Source: a virus
Direction: 5' to 3' (one strand)
Virus record (IMG/VR): IMGVR_UViG_2867359821_000001
Location: 5,093-69,092 of that record
DNA length: 64,000 nucleotides
Part shown: one piece after another, positions 52,805-62,517 of the stretch
Layout: each line of letters opens with the position of its first letter
Position numbering within the stretch: the stretch's first letter is position 1
Notes under the pieces: model-generated
Databases searched by the model: none
What the model saw: the letters and a program-made list of their open reading frames with translations, nothing else
What the model was told of the DNA's origin: nothing
Translations under genes and position numbers: made by a program

Positions 52805-53679
52805 GGCCCCACCTCGACCAGTCGGGCAGAGACGCTCATCCGGCCGAAGTACGCGGAGATCGGAACCTCGGTCGGCGGGTCGAACATCCGGCAGCCGGAG
52901 TTCCCGCCGCCGCGAATGAAGCCGGCGCCGACCGGGGACTGGCCGATGGGGAGGACTTCCACCATCATCCCCGCGATCGTCCCGGAGCTGGGAAGGAGGG
53001 TGCCGCCGACGTTCAGGCCAGGCTGCACCCGGATGCCGATGCCCGTCATGTTTCCGGCCTGGGGGATCACGGTGGTGAAGCGCGTCGGGTCGCTCGCGGC
53101 GATCGCCGGGAGCGCCTGTGACGGAGCGAGTGCCGTGTGCCCATTGAAGGTCTGCAGGCTGACGATGCTGCGCTCCGCGGCGGCACTCGCAGAATGGATG
53201 CCGACGTGTGCGGCAAAGCCGGGCGGGACGGGGACGTAGCAGACGGGGGCCTGGCCGCCGGTGGTCGTGAACAGCGCGGACACCTTCGGCAGCTTCTTGG
53301 CGTTCGCTGCGGTCACTACCCCAGTCGGGCGCTGGAGGGCACCGATGATAGGCCCGTCCGTCACGCTGAGCCCAGGGAAGGACCAGTGGGCGGGGAGGGC
53401 GTTCTTGATCATGGGATCAAGCCAGTGGACAAGCTCGTCGACGTTCGTCGAGTCGACGCCGTAGTACATGTCGCTGAGCAGGCGTGCCGTCTCGGTGGGG
53501 ACCGTGTTCCACGAGAGGTCGTATTCCATGTGGGTCGCGCGCGAGCGCCGCCCGGAGGTGCGTCCGTTGCGGTCTTGCGTCGTGGCGCTCCAGCCAACGG
53601 GTTGGAACGCGGTTCGCGGCGCGGGCGCCTTGATCCACTGCTCCGAGCCCCGAAGGCCCATCCAGACCGTGCTTCCCAT
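52801..53679 (-). CDS. distal tail protein (Dit-like, 292 aa)
   Basis: immediately downstream of tape measure gene. Confidence 0.45.
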   Translation of the reverse strand: MGSTVWMGLRGSEQWIKAPAPRTAFQPVGWSATTQDRNGRTSGRRSRATHMEYDLSWNTVPTETARLLSDMYYGVDSTNVDELVHWLDPMIKNALPAHWSFPGLSVTDGPIIGALQRPTGVVTAANAKKLPKVSALFTTTGGQAPVCYVPVPPGFAAHVGIHSASAAAERSIVSLQTFNGHTALAPSQALPAIAASDPTRFTTVIPQAGNMTGIGIRVQPGLNVGGTLLPSSGTIAGMMVEVLPIGQSPVGAGFIRGGGNSGCRMFDPPTEVPISAYFGRMSVSARLVEVGP

Positions 53680-56600
53680 TACGCTGCCCCTCTCCGGGCG
53701 GTGACGACGTTGTGCGAGCCCACCGAGCCCGCAAGTGCGGCGCCCGGCAGGATGAGCTGCAGGTTCGCTGCCAGCAGGTCGGCGAGGAGGCGAGCGGAGG
53801 ACGCGGAGATGTCCATGGGGCCGCCGCCACCGGCTCCGATGCCTGCGGGCGCGACAGCCTTGCCCTGCTTGGCCATGCGGTGCATGAATGCCAGGTTGTT
53901 GACGCCGATCGTGCGGGTGGCGTCGGCATTGAAGACGAACTCTTTGCCGTGGACGGCGCCGCGAACCTCAGAGGAGCTAGCGCCGCCGGTGTAGCCGCCG
54001 CCGGAGAAGCCGGCGCCGTCCACCTGGATCGAACCGGTGCCCCTGTCGAACTTGGCGCCGATACGCCGTCCGGCGAGGGTCGCTCTGAGGCCCTCGGCGA
54101 GACCACCGCCGACCTGCGAACCGAGGCGAACGCCGCTGTTCCAAGCGTTGGCGCCCTGTCCGTTGGCCCAGTTGCCTGTCGGGTTGTAGCCCTTGAGGCC
54201 CTGCTCGAGACCTGCTCGAACCCCGCCGGAAGTCTTCGATCCGACCTGACCACCCGCGGCCTGGCCGAGCGTCTGCTGCTCGTTGGCCCAGCCGCTACGG
54301 ATGACGTCGATCTCGCCCATGTCTGCCTTGAGGCGGTTGTCGAAGGTGTCTGCGACGCCGATCGCAAGCTCGTCACCGGCGTAGAAGGCGTCGAGCAGGC
54401 CGCCCTCGGCTGCGATGGCGATGGAGCGGCCCACGGCGTCGCCCATCTTGCGGCCGCCTGTGTTTTCGCCGAGGCCAAGGTCGAAGCCCTCACCGAATGC
54501 CGCGCCCGCGCCTGCTCCGCCCGAGGCGGCCGTAGTGGCGGCCTGGGCCATGAACTCGCTGAGCGCCTGCATGGCGGGATCGCCATTGAATTCGACCGTG
54601 ATGTTGCGCGGGACGTGCTGGATGATCGTTCCCATGTCGCCGAACGACTTGGCGTACTTCTCGATCTCCGCACGGTTGTACCCGAGCCCCGTCGCCTGGT
54701 TGACGAACTCGCCACGGAGGCGAGCGGCGATGCGGATCAGCTCCTCCTGGCTGGTTCCGGAAGCGGCCAGCGACTGGAGGTATGACTGGTAGTTGCCGAC
54801 GAGGCCGAGGATCTCGCCGCGGTTCTCTGCGGCCGCAGCGTTGTTGCCGACGAGGCTCTTGTTGGCCTTCGCCTGCTCGGCTGCCAGGTTCTTCTTCTCG
54901 GCGGCCATGTCGGCGTCCAGCTCTGCCAGTTCAGCGCGCAGCTTCGCGGCGCGCAGCTCGTCCTTGTAGTTGACGGCGACGGACAGCCAATACTGCTTGA
55001 TGGAGCGGTCGGCGCCCATCTCGGAGAGCTTGCGCTGATGGGCTGCTGCTGCCTCGCGCGCGGCATGCGCGGCGTCGCGGATCTTCTGCCAGCCGCTGAG
55101 GATTGAGTCGAAGCTCTGGTCGCTGCCGAAGCGGATGTCGGTGGACCGCTTCATCACGGTCTGGAGGTCGTTGGCGTAGTCGGCGAGGGTGCGTACCTTC
55201 TGGGCGGCGTCCTCCGCTGCCCCGCCCAGACCCTCTGCGCCGTCGGTCGGGGCCTCCCAGTCGAGGCCTGCCAGAGTGTCGGTCAGCTCGTCACCTGCGC
55301 CGGCGGCCAGTCCGAACCCTTCAGCGAGGCCACCCGTGGCGGCGCCCGCGCCGTTGGCCGAATCGGCGAGCCCGAACAGCAGGTCGGCTGCGGCAGTGAC
55401 GATACCGATGACGATGGTAGCGCGGCCGAGCGCGATGAGCGCTCCTCGTGCGGTGAGGGCGGCACCAGCGAGCGTGCGCATGCCGCCTGCCGCTCCCGCG
55501 GCAGCATTGCCGGCGGTGGCGGCGCCCGCAGCGGCCACCGTCCCTGCCGTACGTAGCCCGAGCAGGGAGGCAATGAGTCCGCCGACGCCGCGCGAGGTAC
55601 CGGCCGTGACGATACCCAGCTCGATGGCAGCGAGGCGCATGGCGAACAGAGATCCAGCCCACACGGCCGCGACCGACCCGATGCCGGCGAGAGTGGCGAA
55701 CAGCGCGGCCGCAGTGCCTGCGAGCCGGAACATGTAGGCGCCGAAAGGGGACTCGGCGAACGAAGCGAGCATCTGCAGGAGGCCCGACAGCGCGTCGATC
55801 GCCTTGATGATGTTCGGGGCCAGGGTGGCACCGATCGCGCCGCCGGCCTCCGCGAGGGCGTTGACGAAGATCTGCCACCGCGAAGCCAGGTCGTCGAGGA
55901 CCTTGTTGAACTGACTGCTCAGCTCCGTGCCCTCCGTCCACCCCTGGTTGGAGTCTCCGAGAGCCTTGTTGAAGACGTCGACGTTCGAGGCGACACGGCC
56001 GAAGACCTCACCGGCGCGGATGCCCTGCAGGCCCAGCGCCTCGAGGGCACCCGTGCGGGAGATGGAGTCCATCTTCCCGAGTCCGACGGCAACGCGCTCG
56101 AAGAATTCGACGGGGTTGGAGCGGACGAGTCCCTCCACCTCGCCAGTGGCCACACCTGCGACGCTGGCGAAGGAGTCGAGGCGAGCCCCACCGTTCGCGA
56201 TGGCGGTATTTAGGCGGTTGAAATACACCTCCATCACACCCTGAGCACGCTCGGGGGCGACACGGAGGGATGCCAGGGCGCCGGACAGTGCGATGACTTC
56301 CTGCGCGGAGAAGCCCGCGCTGGTGGCGGAGGCCGCAAGGCGAGTCGACATGGACACGATCTCCGCCTCGGTGGCGACCGAGCGGCGGCCTACGAGGGCG
56401 ATGGCGGATCCGAGGTTCTCGAACTGGTCGACCCGAAGCTCAGTGCCGTCGGTGTTGCGCAGCAGCTCACCGAGTGCACCGAACGCGGTAGCGGATGCTT
56501 CCACGGTGAGTCCGGTGACGGCAGCGAATCGGGCGGTCGTCTCGGTGAAGCCTGCTACCTCGCCCGACGTGATGCCGAGCTGGTTGCCGAGGGTCGCGAT

Positions 56601-57344
56601 CTCCGACACCTGCGTGAATGTGAGGGGGATCTCGCGGGTAAGCCCCATGAGTTCGCTACGCAGCGCGGCGACACCCTCAACGCCCATCGACTCACTGCCG
56701 TCGAGGGTACGCTCCACGTTCGTGAACGCAGACTCCTGAGCAGCGGCCAGCGCGGCCACAGCGATAGTGGCGCCGCCGAGAGCGATGGAAGTGGTGCGGG
56801 CGGTGGTGGCCACGTCGTAGAGCGCGTAGCGAAGACGGGGGGAGGCCTGGTCGGCGAGTTCACGTTCTGCCTGAGCGAGCGAGCGAACCTGCGCGGCGGC
56901 CTGCTTGGACTCGTCAGCGAGGAGGTTCGCCCCGGAGCCCTGGCGATACTGCGCGACATCCTGGCCAGAGACGCCCTGGCTGGCCATGAACCTGCGGGGG
57001 TCGACGGGAGCCCCGCCAGCTGCTGCTTGCGTCTTCGAGATGGCGCGGTAGGCATCCTCAGCCTCGCGGATGCGCCCGGCGAGGGCCCGCCACTCGTCGG
57101 ATGCGCCCTCGGCGCCTGGCCCGAGATCCTTGCGTGCGGCGCGGGCAGCCGTGCCAGTCTCCCTCAGCGCGCCAGTCGTCTTCTCGATGAAGCGAGCGGC
57201 CTCCCGGCTGGAAGCACCTACCCGGTCGAAGAGATCGTCGAGATCGCCGCCCCGTTCACGGAACGTCTCCATGTCGTTGAGCGCTTGGCGCAGGTCAACG
57301 GCGATGGATAGCGCTGCCCGTGCGTCGAATGCGTCTGCCATCAT
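53679..57344 (-). CDS. tail tape measure protein (1221 aa)
   Basis: size, Ala/Gly-rich, internal hydrophobic segments (LAGTAAALFATLAGIGSVAAVWAGSLFAM), position after chaperones. Confidence 0.85.
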   Translation of the reverse strand: MMADAFDARAALSIAVDLRQALNDMETFRERGGDLDDLFDRVGASSREAARFIEKTTGALRETGTAARAARKDLGPGAEGASDEWRALAGRIREAEDAYRAISKTQAAAGGAPVDPRRFMASQGVSGQDVAQYRQGSGANLLADESKQAAAQVRSLAQAERELADQASPRLRYALYDVATTARTTSIALGGATIAVAALAAAQESAFTNVERTLDGSESMGVEGVAALRSELMGLTREIPLTFTQVSEIATLGNQLGITSGEVAGFTETTARFAAVTGLTVEASATAFGALGELLRNTDGTELRVDQFENLGSAIALVGRRSVATEAEIVSMSTRLAASATSAGFSAQEVIALSGALASLRVAPERAQGVMEVYFNRLNTAIANGGARLDSFASVAGVATGEVEGLVRSNPVEFFERVAVGLGKMDSISRTGALEALGLQGIRAGEVFGRVASNVDVFNKALGDSNQGWTEGTELSSQFNKVLDDLASRWQIFVNALAEAGGAIGATLAPNIIKAIDALSGLLQMLASFAESPFGAYMFRLAGTAAALFATLAGIGSVAAVWAGSLFAMRLAAIELGIVTAGTSRGVGGLIASLLGLRTAGTVAAAGAATAGNAAAGAAGGMRTLAGAALTARGALIALGRATIVIGIVTAAADLLFGLADSANGAGAATGGLAEGFGLAAGAGDELTDTLAGLDWEAPTDGAEGLGGAAEDAAQKVRTLADYANDLQTVMKRSTDIRFGSDQSFDSILSGWQKIRDAAHAAREAAAAHQRKLSEMGADRSIKQYWLSVAVNYKDELRAAKLRAELAELDADMAAEKKNLAAEQAKANKSLVGNNAAAAENRGEILGLVGNYQSYLQSLAASGTSQEELIRIAARLRGEFVNQATGLGYNRAEIEKYAKSFGDMGTIIQHVPRNITVEFNGDPAMQALSEFMAQAATTAASGGAGAGAAFGEGFDLGLGENTGGRKMGDAVGRSIAIAAEGGLLDAFYAGDELAIGVADTFDNRLKADMGEIDVIRSGWANEQQTLGQAAGGQVGSKTSGGVRAGLEQGLKGYNPTGNWANGQGANAWNSGVRLGSQVGGGLAEGLRATLAGRRIGAKFDRGTGSIQVDGAGFSGGGYTGGASSSEVRGAVHGKEFVFNADATRTIGVNNLAFMHRMAKQGKAVAPAGIGAGGGGPMDISASSARLLADLLAANLQLILPGAALAGSVGSHNVVTARRGAA

Positions 57345-57377
57345 CCTCCGCCTGGGGCTCGTACTGCCGCGATCTCT

Positions 57378-57412
57378 TCAAGGCTAGGCTCGAATTTGGG
57401 CCTTAATTCTGG
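57378..57412 (-). promoter_or_regulatory. promoter-like motif copy (TCAAGGCTAGGCTCGAATTTGGGCCTTAATTCTGG) 35 bp upstream of TMP start
   Basis: seen directly; followed by GGCGGAGGATG RBS. Confidence 0.5.
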
Positions 57413-57415
57413 GGC

Positions 57416-57855
57416 TCAATCGTCTTCATCTTCGACCTCTTCGGCCCGCTCGGCAGCGAGCTGCTCGTAGTACAGCGAGCGGAAGTCGCTGAGGGGAGTG
57501 TCGTCGGTCGAGTAGAACTCGGGGTAAGCGACTCCTGACTTGCTGTCGTCGTTTACGTGCTTCTTCTCCTCCTTCTTCACCTCGTTGGAGGCGTAGCAGT
57601 CGTCGAACTTGACCTTCACCTGGAGGCGCGGGTCGGAGTTCCTGCAGAGCCATCGAGGCAGGCCGCACTGCGAGCACTGCTCGTCCTTGACGATTTGATA
57701 CGCCTGCATGATGAGCACGTCGAGGTGTGACCAGGGCTTGCGGTTGTCCTCTCCGAGGATCATGGTGGTGGGCCGAACGCCGGCGGCCAGACTGGCCTTG
57801 ATGAGGCTCAAGTACCTGCCGCCGGCGTTAGACGACAGGTACTCGGCTAAAAATC
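57416..57855 (-). CDS. tail assembly chaperone, -1 frameshift extension (T-part)
   Basis: -1 frame open from T5 run (GATTTTTAG) at the end of upstream chaperone ORF through 57416; ORF-track M is actually TTG. Confidence 0.45.
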
Positions 57856-58590
57856 CGCGTCGTCGGTGGCGTTGTGCTCGATCGCGACTTCGTACGACAG
57901 CTCCAGCATCGCGCGCTCAAGGCGCGGGAACTGGCCCTCGGGGAGGTAGTCGCGAAAGGTCCGGGCTCGTTCGATCGACAGCGACGAGTGCGTTTCGTCC
58001 TGCTCGACGTCCGTCCAGGATTCGACGGAGGCGACAAGCGAGACCGCGGAGTGCTCCAGCTCGTACTCGTCCACCATGTCGGCGGGGACGTTCTTGCCCC
58101 TGATGCCGAGGTTCAGGCGGGCTCGACGACGCATGTCCCGCTTGATGATGTCGGGCAGGCTGTGGAGGGTGAACTTGAAGGCCGTGGCCTCGAGGCGCTT
58201 CTTGAGCGCCGTGACTTTTCGCTTCTCCTTCGCCAGCTCGGCCTGGATCTCCTTGGCTCGCTCGGTGTCGGCCTCCGGGACTTCCAGCCCTGCCTCGACC
58301 TGATGCTCGATGCGCTTCACGAGGGAGTTGCCTTCCTCCTCGAGCTGGTCAATGCGGCCGGCGATGCCCCTACGGACGCGGCGGCCGGTTCGGATCCCGC
58401 CCTCGGTCTGGTCGAGCGCGTACCCCAGCTGGGCTCCTGCTTCCGAGTCGGTGTAGATCGTCACGGACTTGCGGCGCTTCGACTTGCCGGCCAGGCGGTT
58501 GACCAGCTCGAAGTCCGTTCGAGCTGATTCCTGGATGCCGTCGAGTTCCGCTTCGATCTCGGCGGTGGCGTCCTTCTGCTTCTTGGCCAT
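57847..58590 (-). CDS. tail assembly chaperone (G-part, 247 aa)
   Basis: acidic coiled protein directly upstream of TMP; AGGAGGGCCTC RBS. Confidence 0.5.
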   Translation of the reverse strand: MAKKQKDATAEIEAELDGIQESARTDFELVNRLAGKSKRRKSVTIYTDSEAGAQLGYALDQTEGGIRTGRRVRRGIAGRIDQLEEEGNSLVKRIEHQVEAGLEVPEADTERAKEIQAELAKEKRKVTALKKRLEATAFKFTLHSLPDIIKRDMRRRARLNLGIRGKNVPADMVDEYELEHSAVSLVASVESWTDVEQDETHSSLSIERARTFRDYLPEGQFPRLERAMLELSYEVAIEHNATDDADF

Positions 58591-58616
58591 GAGGCCCTCC
58601 TTCGTTCGTGGTCGAT

Positions 58617-58650
58617 TCCAGGCTATGTGCGATTTAAGACGCTAATCAGG
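58617..58650 (-). promoter_or_regulatory. degenerate promoter-like motif copy (TTCCAGGCTATGTGCGATTTAAGACGCTAATCAGG)
   Basis: seen directly; 25 bp upstream of chaperone start. Confidence 0.35.
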
Positions 58651-58705
58651 GGTGCACGACGAAGCCCCCGATTCCTCGAGGGCTCCGTCGTCCTAGGTAG
58701 CGAGA

Positions 58706-59461
58706 CTAGGGAGCGGTGACCGTGATTGCCTTCGTCGTACCGGCGGCCGAGCCGGGGTATGTCGCCGTGATGTCCACGGAGCCTGCGGCGATGCCGATCA
58801 CGATGCCGTGCTTGGTCACGATGGCCTTCGTCTCGTCGGAGGAGACGTAGGTGGCGCCGATCGTGATGTCGTTGCCCTCGTAGACCGACTTGAGCTGGAT
58901 CGAGGCGCCCGCAGCGACCGTGGTGCCACCGGTGACGGTGACAGCCGTGGGCGTGGCCGACGGGATGATCCGGTTGATGCCCACGAAGCCCTTCGGCTTG
59001 AAGTCCACCGAGTAGTACCGGTTCTTGTCACCGCGCTGCTCGGAACGCGCGTCGGTGATCGTGTGGAAGACGTTGACGACCTGGCCGGGTGCGAACGGCG
59101 TCGAGGCGGGGTAGCCGTCGCGCTGAATCAGCACCAGCTCCGTGTGCGGAACTGCGACCAGGTTGCGAGTCTGGCGATAGATCGAGGACGTGTCGGCGGG
59201 CGTCGGGGTGTAGAACGAGATGCTGCCACCGAAGTTCTCGTTGCCTCGGGTGGAGGCGCCGGCCGCGTCGGTGAGGGCGCGGTCCTCGTCCTGCTCCGAT
59301 GCTTCGATGCCGAAGTCGTAGCCGTCCCACTTCGTGGCCTCGGAGATGTTCTTGGCGCTGAGGAACTCAGACAGCGCCGGCGTGAGCACGCTGGCGAAGG
59401 AGGCCTTCGGGGCGACGGCGAGCAGCGTGTTCTTGTTGCTGGCGATTTTCTTGCTGGGCAT
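58706..59461 (-). CDS. major tail protein with C-terminal Ig-like (Big_2-type) domain
   Basis: MPSKKIASNKNTLLAV...; C-terminal TVTGGTTVAAGASIQLKSV...VDITATYPG Ig-like repeat; trimmed start ATG 59459-59461. Confidence 0.55.
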   Translation of the reverse strand: MPSKKIASNKNTLLAVAPKASFASVLTPALSEFLSAKNISEATKWDGYDFGIEASEQDEDRALTDAAGASTRGNENFGGSISFYTPTPADTSSIYRQTRNLVAVPHTELVLIQRDGYPASTPFAPGQVVNVFHTITDARSEQRGDKNRYYSVDFKPKGFVGINRIIPSATPTAVTVTGGTTVAAGASIQLKSVYEGNDITIGATYVSSDETKAIVTKHGIVIGIAAGSVDITATYPGSAAGTTKAITVTAP

Positions 59462-59472
59462 GACTCGACTCC

Positions 59473-60069
59473 TTACGCCGCGAGGACGTAGTTGGGCTTG
59501 GCCGTGGACTTGGAGATGAAGACCTGCTGGATCTTCTGCTTCTGGCCATCCGCGTGAACGTTGACCGGGAGGTCCGTGTGCGAGTAGTACACGTCGATCT
59601 CCTGGCCGACCGCGAACGGGACGGTGGAGGCGTAGCCCACGCGGTGGACGATGATGTAGGGCACGTCCGGCGCGAAGGTGAGAGCCTTCCACAGCGCGAA
59701 CACGCTGTCGGCAGCGGCGGGGTTGGCATCCCGGAAGCCGGTCATGTCGTTGTCGAAGCCGAAGTCGGTCAGGTCGACGGAGTTGGCGGGCTCGCAGAGC
59801 GTCTTCTCATCGTCCTCCTGAGAATCCGTGAAGCTCAGCGTGAAGCCGTCGGACACGATGGCGCAGGACACGTTGCCGCCCGCGCCCGCATTCGCGTGGC
59901 CGGTGCTCGTGATCGGCGCGTAGCGGTTGAGGACCGCGGTCGTCAGCGCGTCGTACGCGACGAGACCCGTGGGGGTGATGGCATTCGGGATGCCGAGCAC
60001 CTCGTGGGCAGGGATGAGAAGGACCGTGTCTGTCTCATTGATCAGCTTGTCAGGAATGGGAACCACCAC
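59473..60069 (-). CDS. major tail protein paralogue (198 aa)
   Basis: shares YIIVHRVGYASTVPFAVGQEIDVYYSHTD with downstream gene (LVLIQRDGYPASTPFAPGQVVNVFHTITD); GTG start. Confidence 0.5.
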   Translation of the reverse strand: MVVPIPDKLINETDTVLLIPAHEVLGIPNAITPTGLVAYDALTTAVLNRYAPITSTGHANAGAGGNVSCAIVSDGFTLSFTDSQEDDEKTLCEPANSVDLTDFGFDNDMTGFRDANPAAADSVFALWKALTFAPDVPYIIVHRVGYASTVPFAVGQEIDVYYSHTDLPVNVHADGQKQKIQQVFISKSTAKPNYVLAA

Positions 60070-60101
60070 CTTGTCTATGGGCCCACACCTGGGGCTTCAG
60101 G

Positions 60102-60137
60102 TTCAAGGCTAGGCGGGTTTTGCTCCCTTAATTTTGG
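60102..60137 (-). promoter_or_regulatory. promoter-like motif copy (TTCAAGGCTAGGCGGGTTTTGCTCCCTTAATTTTGG)
   Basis: seen directly; upstream of major tail gene; forms left flank of HNH insertion. Confidence 0.5.
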
Positions 60138-60159
60138 AACACAATGTTAGCCTTGCTGC

Positions 60160-60912
60160 ATGCCATCACGCCCGCATTCGAAATCCCAGCCGTTCTGCCA
60201 CGTAGAGGGTTGCTTCAACTTCCGCCGAAGCAACCGATACTGCCCTGGGCATACGAAGCAGGAGCGAGCGGGGCTCGCATTCTCGACGCTCCCCAAGCAA
60301 AAGCTCGAGGCGTGGGCCGTCCCGGAGTGCTCGTTCGAGGCATGCGAGAACTTCGCGTCCCGTCGAGGCCTGTGCGATGGTCACTATGCCCAGTCGAAGC
60401 GAGGTGAGGGGTTGCGCCCGCTACGCAAGCACTCATGGCAGCGTGGAGGTGTGTGCTCCTTTGATGGATGTATGCTCCCGATGAAAGCGAACGATCTCTG
60501 CGCGACACATGCCAGCCAGCGTTACTTCGGGCACGAGCTTCACCCGATTCGCGGCCGCATTTCGTGCCCGGTGCCAGACTGTGAAGGGACCTACACCGCG
60601 AAGTCGTCGATCGAGTTCTGCGCGAAGCACACACGAGTCCTGCGCCTCTATGGGCTCACTCCCGAGCGGCTCATGCAGATGTACGTCGCTGGCTCAGTTT
60701 GCGAACTCTGTGGCGACCGGACGAAGACCGCGATCGACCATGACCACGCCTGCTGCGCTGGTGAAGGCTCTTGCGGCGAATGCGTTCGCGGGACCCTTTG
60801 CCTGAACTGCAATCACATGCTGGGCAGCGCCCGTGATAGCCCGGAGGTCCTGCGCGCGGCTATCGCTTACCTGCAGAGTCACGCCGAGCGGTCTTTGCGT
60901 CTCGCCGCGTGA
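60160..60912 (+). CDS. Endonuclease VII / HNH-family nuclease with four N-terminal Cys/His repeats (free-standing, plus strand inside minus-strand module)
   Basis: AIDHDHACCAGEGSCGECVRGTLCLNCNHMLG; repeats CHVEGCFNFRRSNRYCPGHTKQ / CSFEACENFASRRGLCDGHYAQ / CSFDGCMLPMKANDLCATHASQ / CPVPDCEGTYTAKSSIEFCAKHTRV; paralogue of gene 1594..2247. Confidence 0.7.
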   Translation: MPSRPHSKSQPFCHVEGCFNFRRSNRYCPGHTKQERAGLAFSTLPKQKLEAWAVPECSFEACENFASRRGLCDGHYAQSKRGEGLRPLRKHSWQRGGVCSFDGCMLPMKANDLCATHASQRYFGHELHPIRGRISCPVPDCEGTYTAKSSIEFCAKHTRVLRLYGLTPERLMQMYVAGSVCELCGDRTKTAIDHDHACCAGEGSCGECVRGTLCLNCNHMLGSARDSPEVLRAAIAYLQSHAERSLRLAA

Positions 60913-61117
60913 CGTTCCCCTCACCCGACTTCTCTTCGTGGGACGCGAGATAGTCGGCGACTGCCTCGCTGGGGATCGGGGTGAAAGCGAGAGGCTTCGC
61001 ATCGACGTCAACTTCGATGAGGTTTGGATCCTCGAGAGCGACTCGGCGGTCGTAGACGCCGATGAGCCCGGTGCGTGCATGGCGGTACGTCCTCGGCGCG
61101 TTCAGGTCATCCATACG

Positions 61118-61153
61118 CTCAAGGCTAGGCGCGATTTTGGCGCTTAATTCTGG
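61118..61153 (-). promoter_or_regulatory. promoter-like motif copy (CTCAAGGCTAGGCGCGATTTTGGCGCTTAATTCTGG), right flank of HNH insertion
   Basis: seen directly; no minus-strand gene immediately downstream (HNH gene intervenes). Confidence 0.5.
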
Positions 61154-61608
61154 ACGGAGTGGTCCCAGTCGACGCCCTGATTCACCGTGGTCTCCAGGTA
61201 GAGCCCCTCGATGTACCGGGTAGGGACGTTTTCGGTTGCGGGGCGGCGCGATCCGAAGCCGCCCTTCGCCTCGTAAGCATCAGCGGATTCTGACGGCTTC
61301 CAGTCGACCAGCAGCTCGATGACGTCAGCCATGAGATCCTGCGCGTCATCGGGGTCGCCGGCGACGCACGCGATAGTGGCGCCCAGGACGTGAGGCTGGC
61401 CCAGCTCGCTGTTGGTGAGGTTTCGGTCGCGCTTCGTCTTCACGGGGGCGCCGAACGTGATCACCGCGTAGGCCATCACTGAACCGTCTTCGGTGTGACG
61501 CGGGATGATCGCTTCGTCGTCGACCGACCCTTGCCAGGCGCGGCCGCCGTTGATCGTCTTCAGTTTCGCCAGGGTGTTGCGTCGCTCCTGGAGTCCGTGT
61601 GCGGCCAT
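61144..61608 (-). CDS. neck / tail terminator-like protein (154 aa)
   Basis: MAAHGLQERRNTLAKLKTINGG...; position immediately upstream of major tail gene; trimmed start. Confidence 0.4.
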   Translation of the reverse strand: MAAHGLQERRNTLAKLKTINGGRAWQGSVDDEAIIPRHTEDGSVMAYAVITFGAPVKTKRDRNLTNSELGQPHVLGATIACVAGDPDDAQDLMADVIELLVDWKPSESADAYEAKGGFGSRRPATENVPTRYIEGLYLETTVNQGVDWDHSVQN

Positions 61609-62108
61609 CAGCTCACCTTCAGTCCTGCGTTGCTCAGGCGCTCGAGCATCATCTCTCGCGCCTCGACGTACGACTGCTGGAGGGCCATCATTCCTTCGAT
61701 GTCCGCGGTGCCGTACTCCTGGTAGAGGTAGTAGATCTCGAGGCCAAGCTCCCAGCCCCACGAGCCTTCGACTCGGCTGCCGCCGAAGAGGTCGATGTTG
61801 GATTGGATGTCGTCGATCATGTTGCCGCTGTCAATGCGGCCGGGATGTCCGCCGCTCGTAGCAGCGCGCTCTGCACCCGTCCTGGTGATCGCCGTCTCGA
61901 TGATCTCCTTCATGCGGTCCTCGCCGAAGAGGGTGGCGTCCTCGATGATCCCGTGGGCGAAGTCGAGAAGCTGCTCTTCGAGTTGGCCGCGCATCCAGTC
62001 CTCGATGTCGCCGATCGCGAGAGTCACCGATTTGCGCGCGGTGCCGTGGCGACCGCGATTAGCCACGGCCGCCCTCGGTGACTGTCTCGATCGTTCGGAG
62101 TGCGGCAT
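61608..62108 (-). CDS. head-tail connector protein (HK97 gp10-like?)
   Basis: position; GHPGRIDSGNMIDDIQSNIDLFG segment; 166 aa, real start may be internal. Confidence 0.35.
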   Translation of the reverse strand: MPHSERSRQSPRAAVANRGRHGTARKSVTLAIGDIEDWMRGQLEEQLLDFAHGIIEDATLFGEDRMKEIIETAITRTGAERAATSGGHPGRIDSGNMIDDIQSNIDLFGGSRVEGSWGWELGLEIYYLYQEYGTADIEGMMALQQSYVEAREMMLERLSNAGLKVS

Positions 62109-62511
62109 GCGACGAGTTCGTGGCGAACCGCACCTGGAACTTCATCTTCGCAAGCTCTGGATCGCGGCCGCCGGTGAACTCCACGACGAGTCCCTGAGTG
62201 ACCGACTCCTCGGTGATCTCCGGGTCGCCGGCGAGGATCTCGCACTGGAAGCGGTAGCGACGACTCGACTGAGCACCGCCCCCGCTGCTCGTCTCTTTCG
62301 GCGCTTGGAGGTGCTGCGCGCGGGCCCGCCGTCGACTAAGCACGATCTCGCCGGGCGTGTACGGCCCGTAGTCGCCGGTCACCTTGTCGCGTGTGCCTCG
62401 CGTGCCTTTCGTGCTGACGGTGATCTCGCCGTTGAACTCGAGGACGGCCTCGTCGCGGATCTCGTCAGCCCAGCTCGAGCTAGTGCGCGAGGGGGGACGG
62501 GAGAGGGCCAT
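62059..62511 (-). CDS. head-tail joining / structural protein (150 aa)
   Basis: position; TAAACT hexamer 6 nt upstream of ATG (leaderless arrangement). Confidence 0.35.
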   Translation of the reverse strand: MALSRPPSRTSSSWADEIRDEAVLEFNGEITVSTKGTRGTRDKVTGDYGPYTPGEIVLSRRRARAQHLQAPKETSSGGGAQSSRRYRFQCEILAGDPEITEESVTQGLVVEFTGGRDPELAKMKFQVRFATNSSHAALRTIETVTEGGRG

Positions 62512-62517
62512 TCGTCC

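Noticed and set aside
53417-54715. 432-aa minus ORF overlapping TMP in another frame
   Set aside because: Ser/Arg/Pro/Thr-rich out-of-frame artefact inside the tape measure gene
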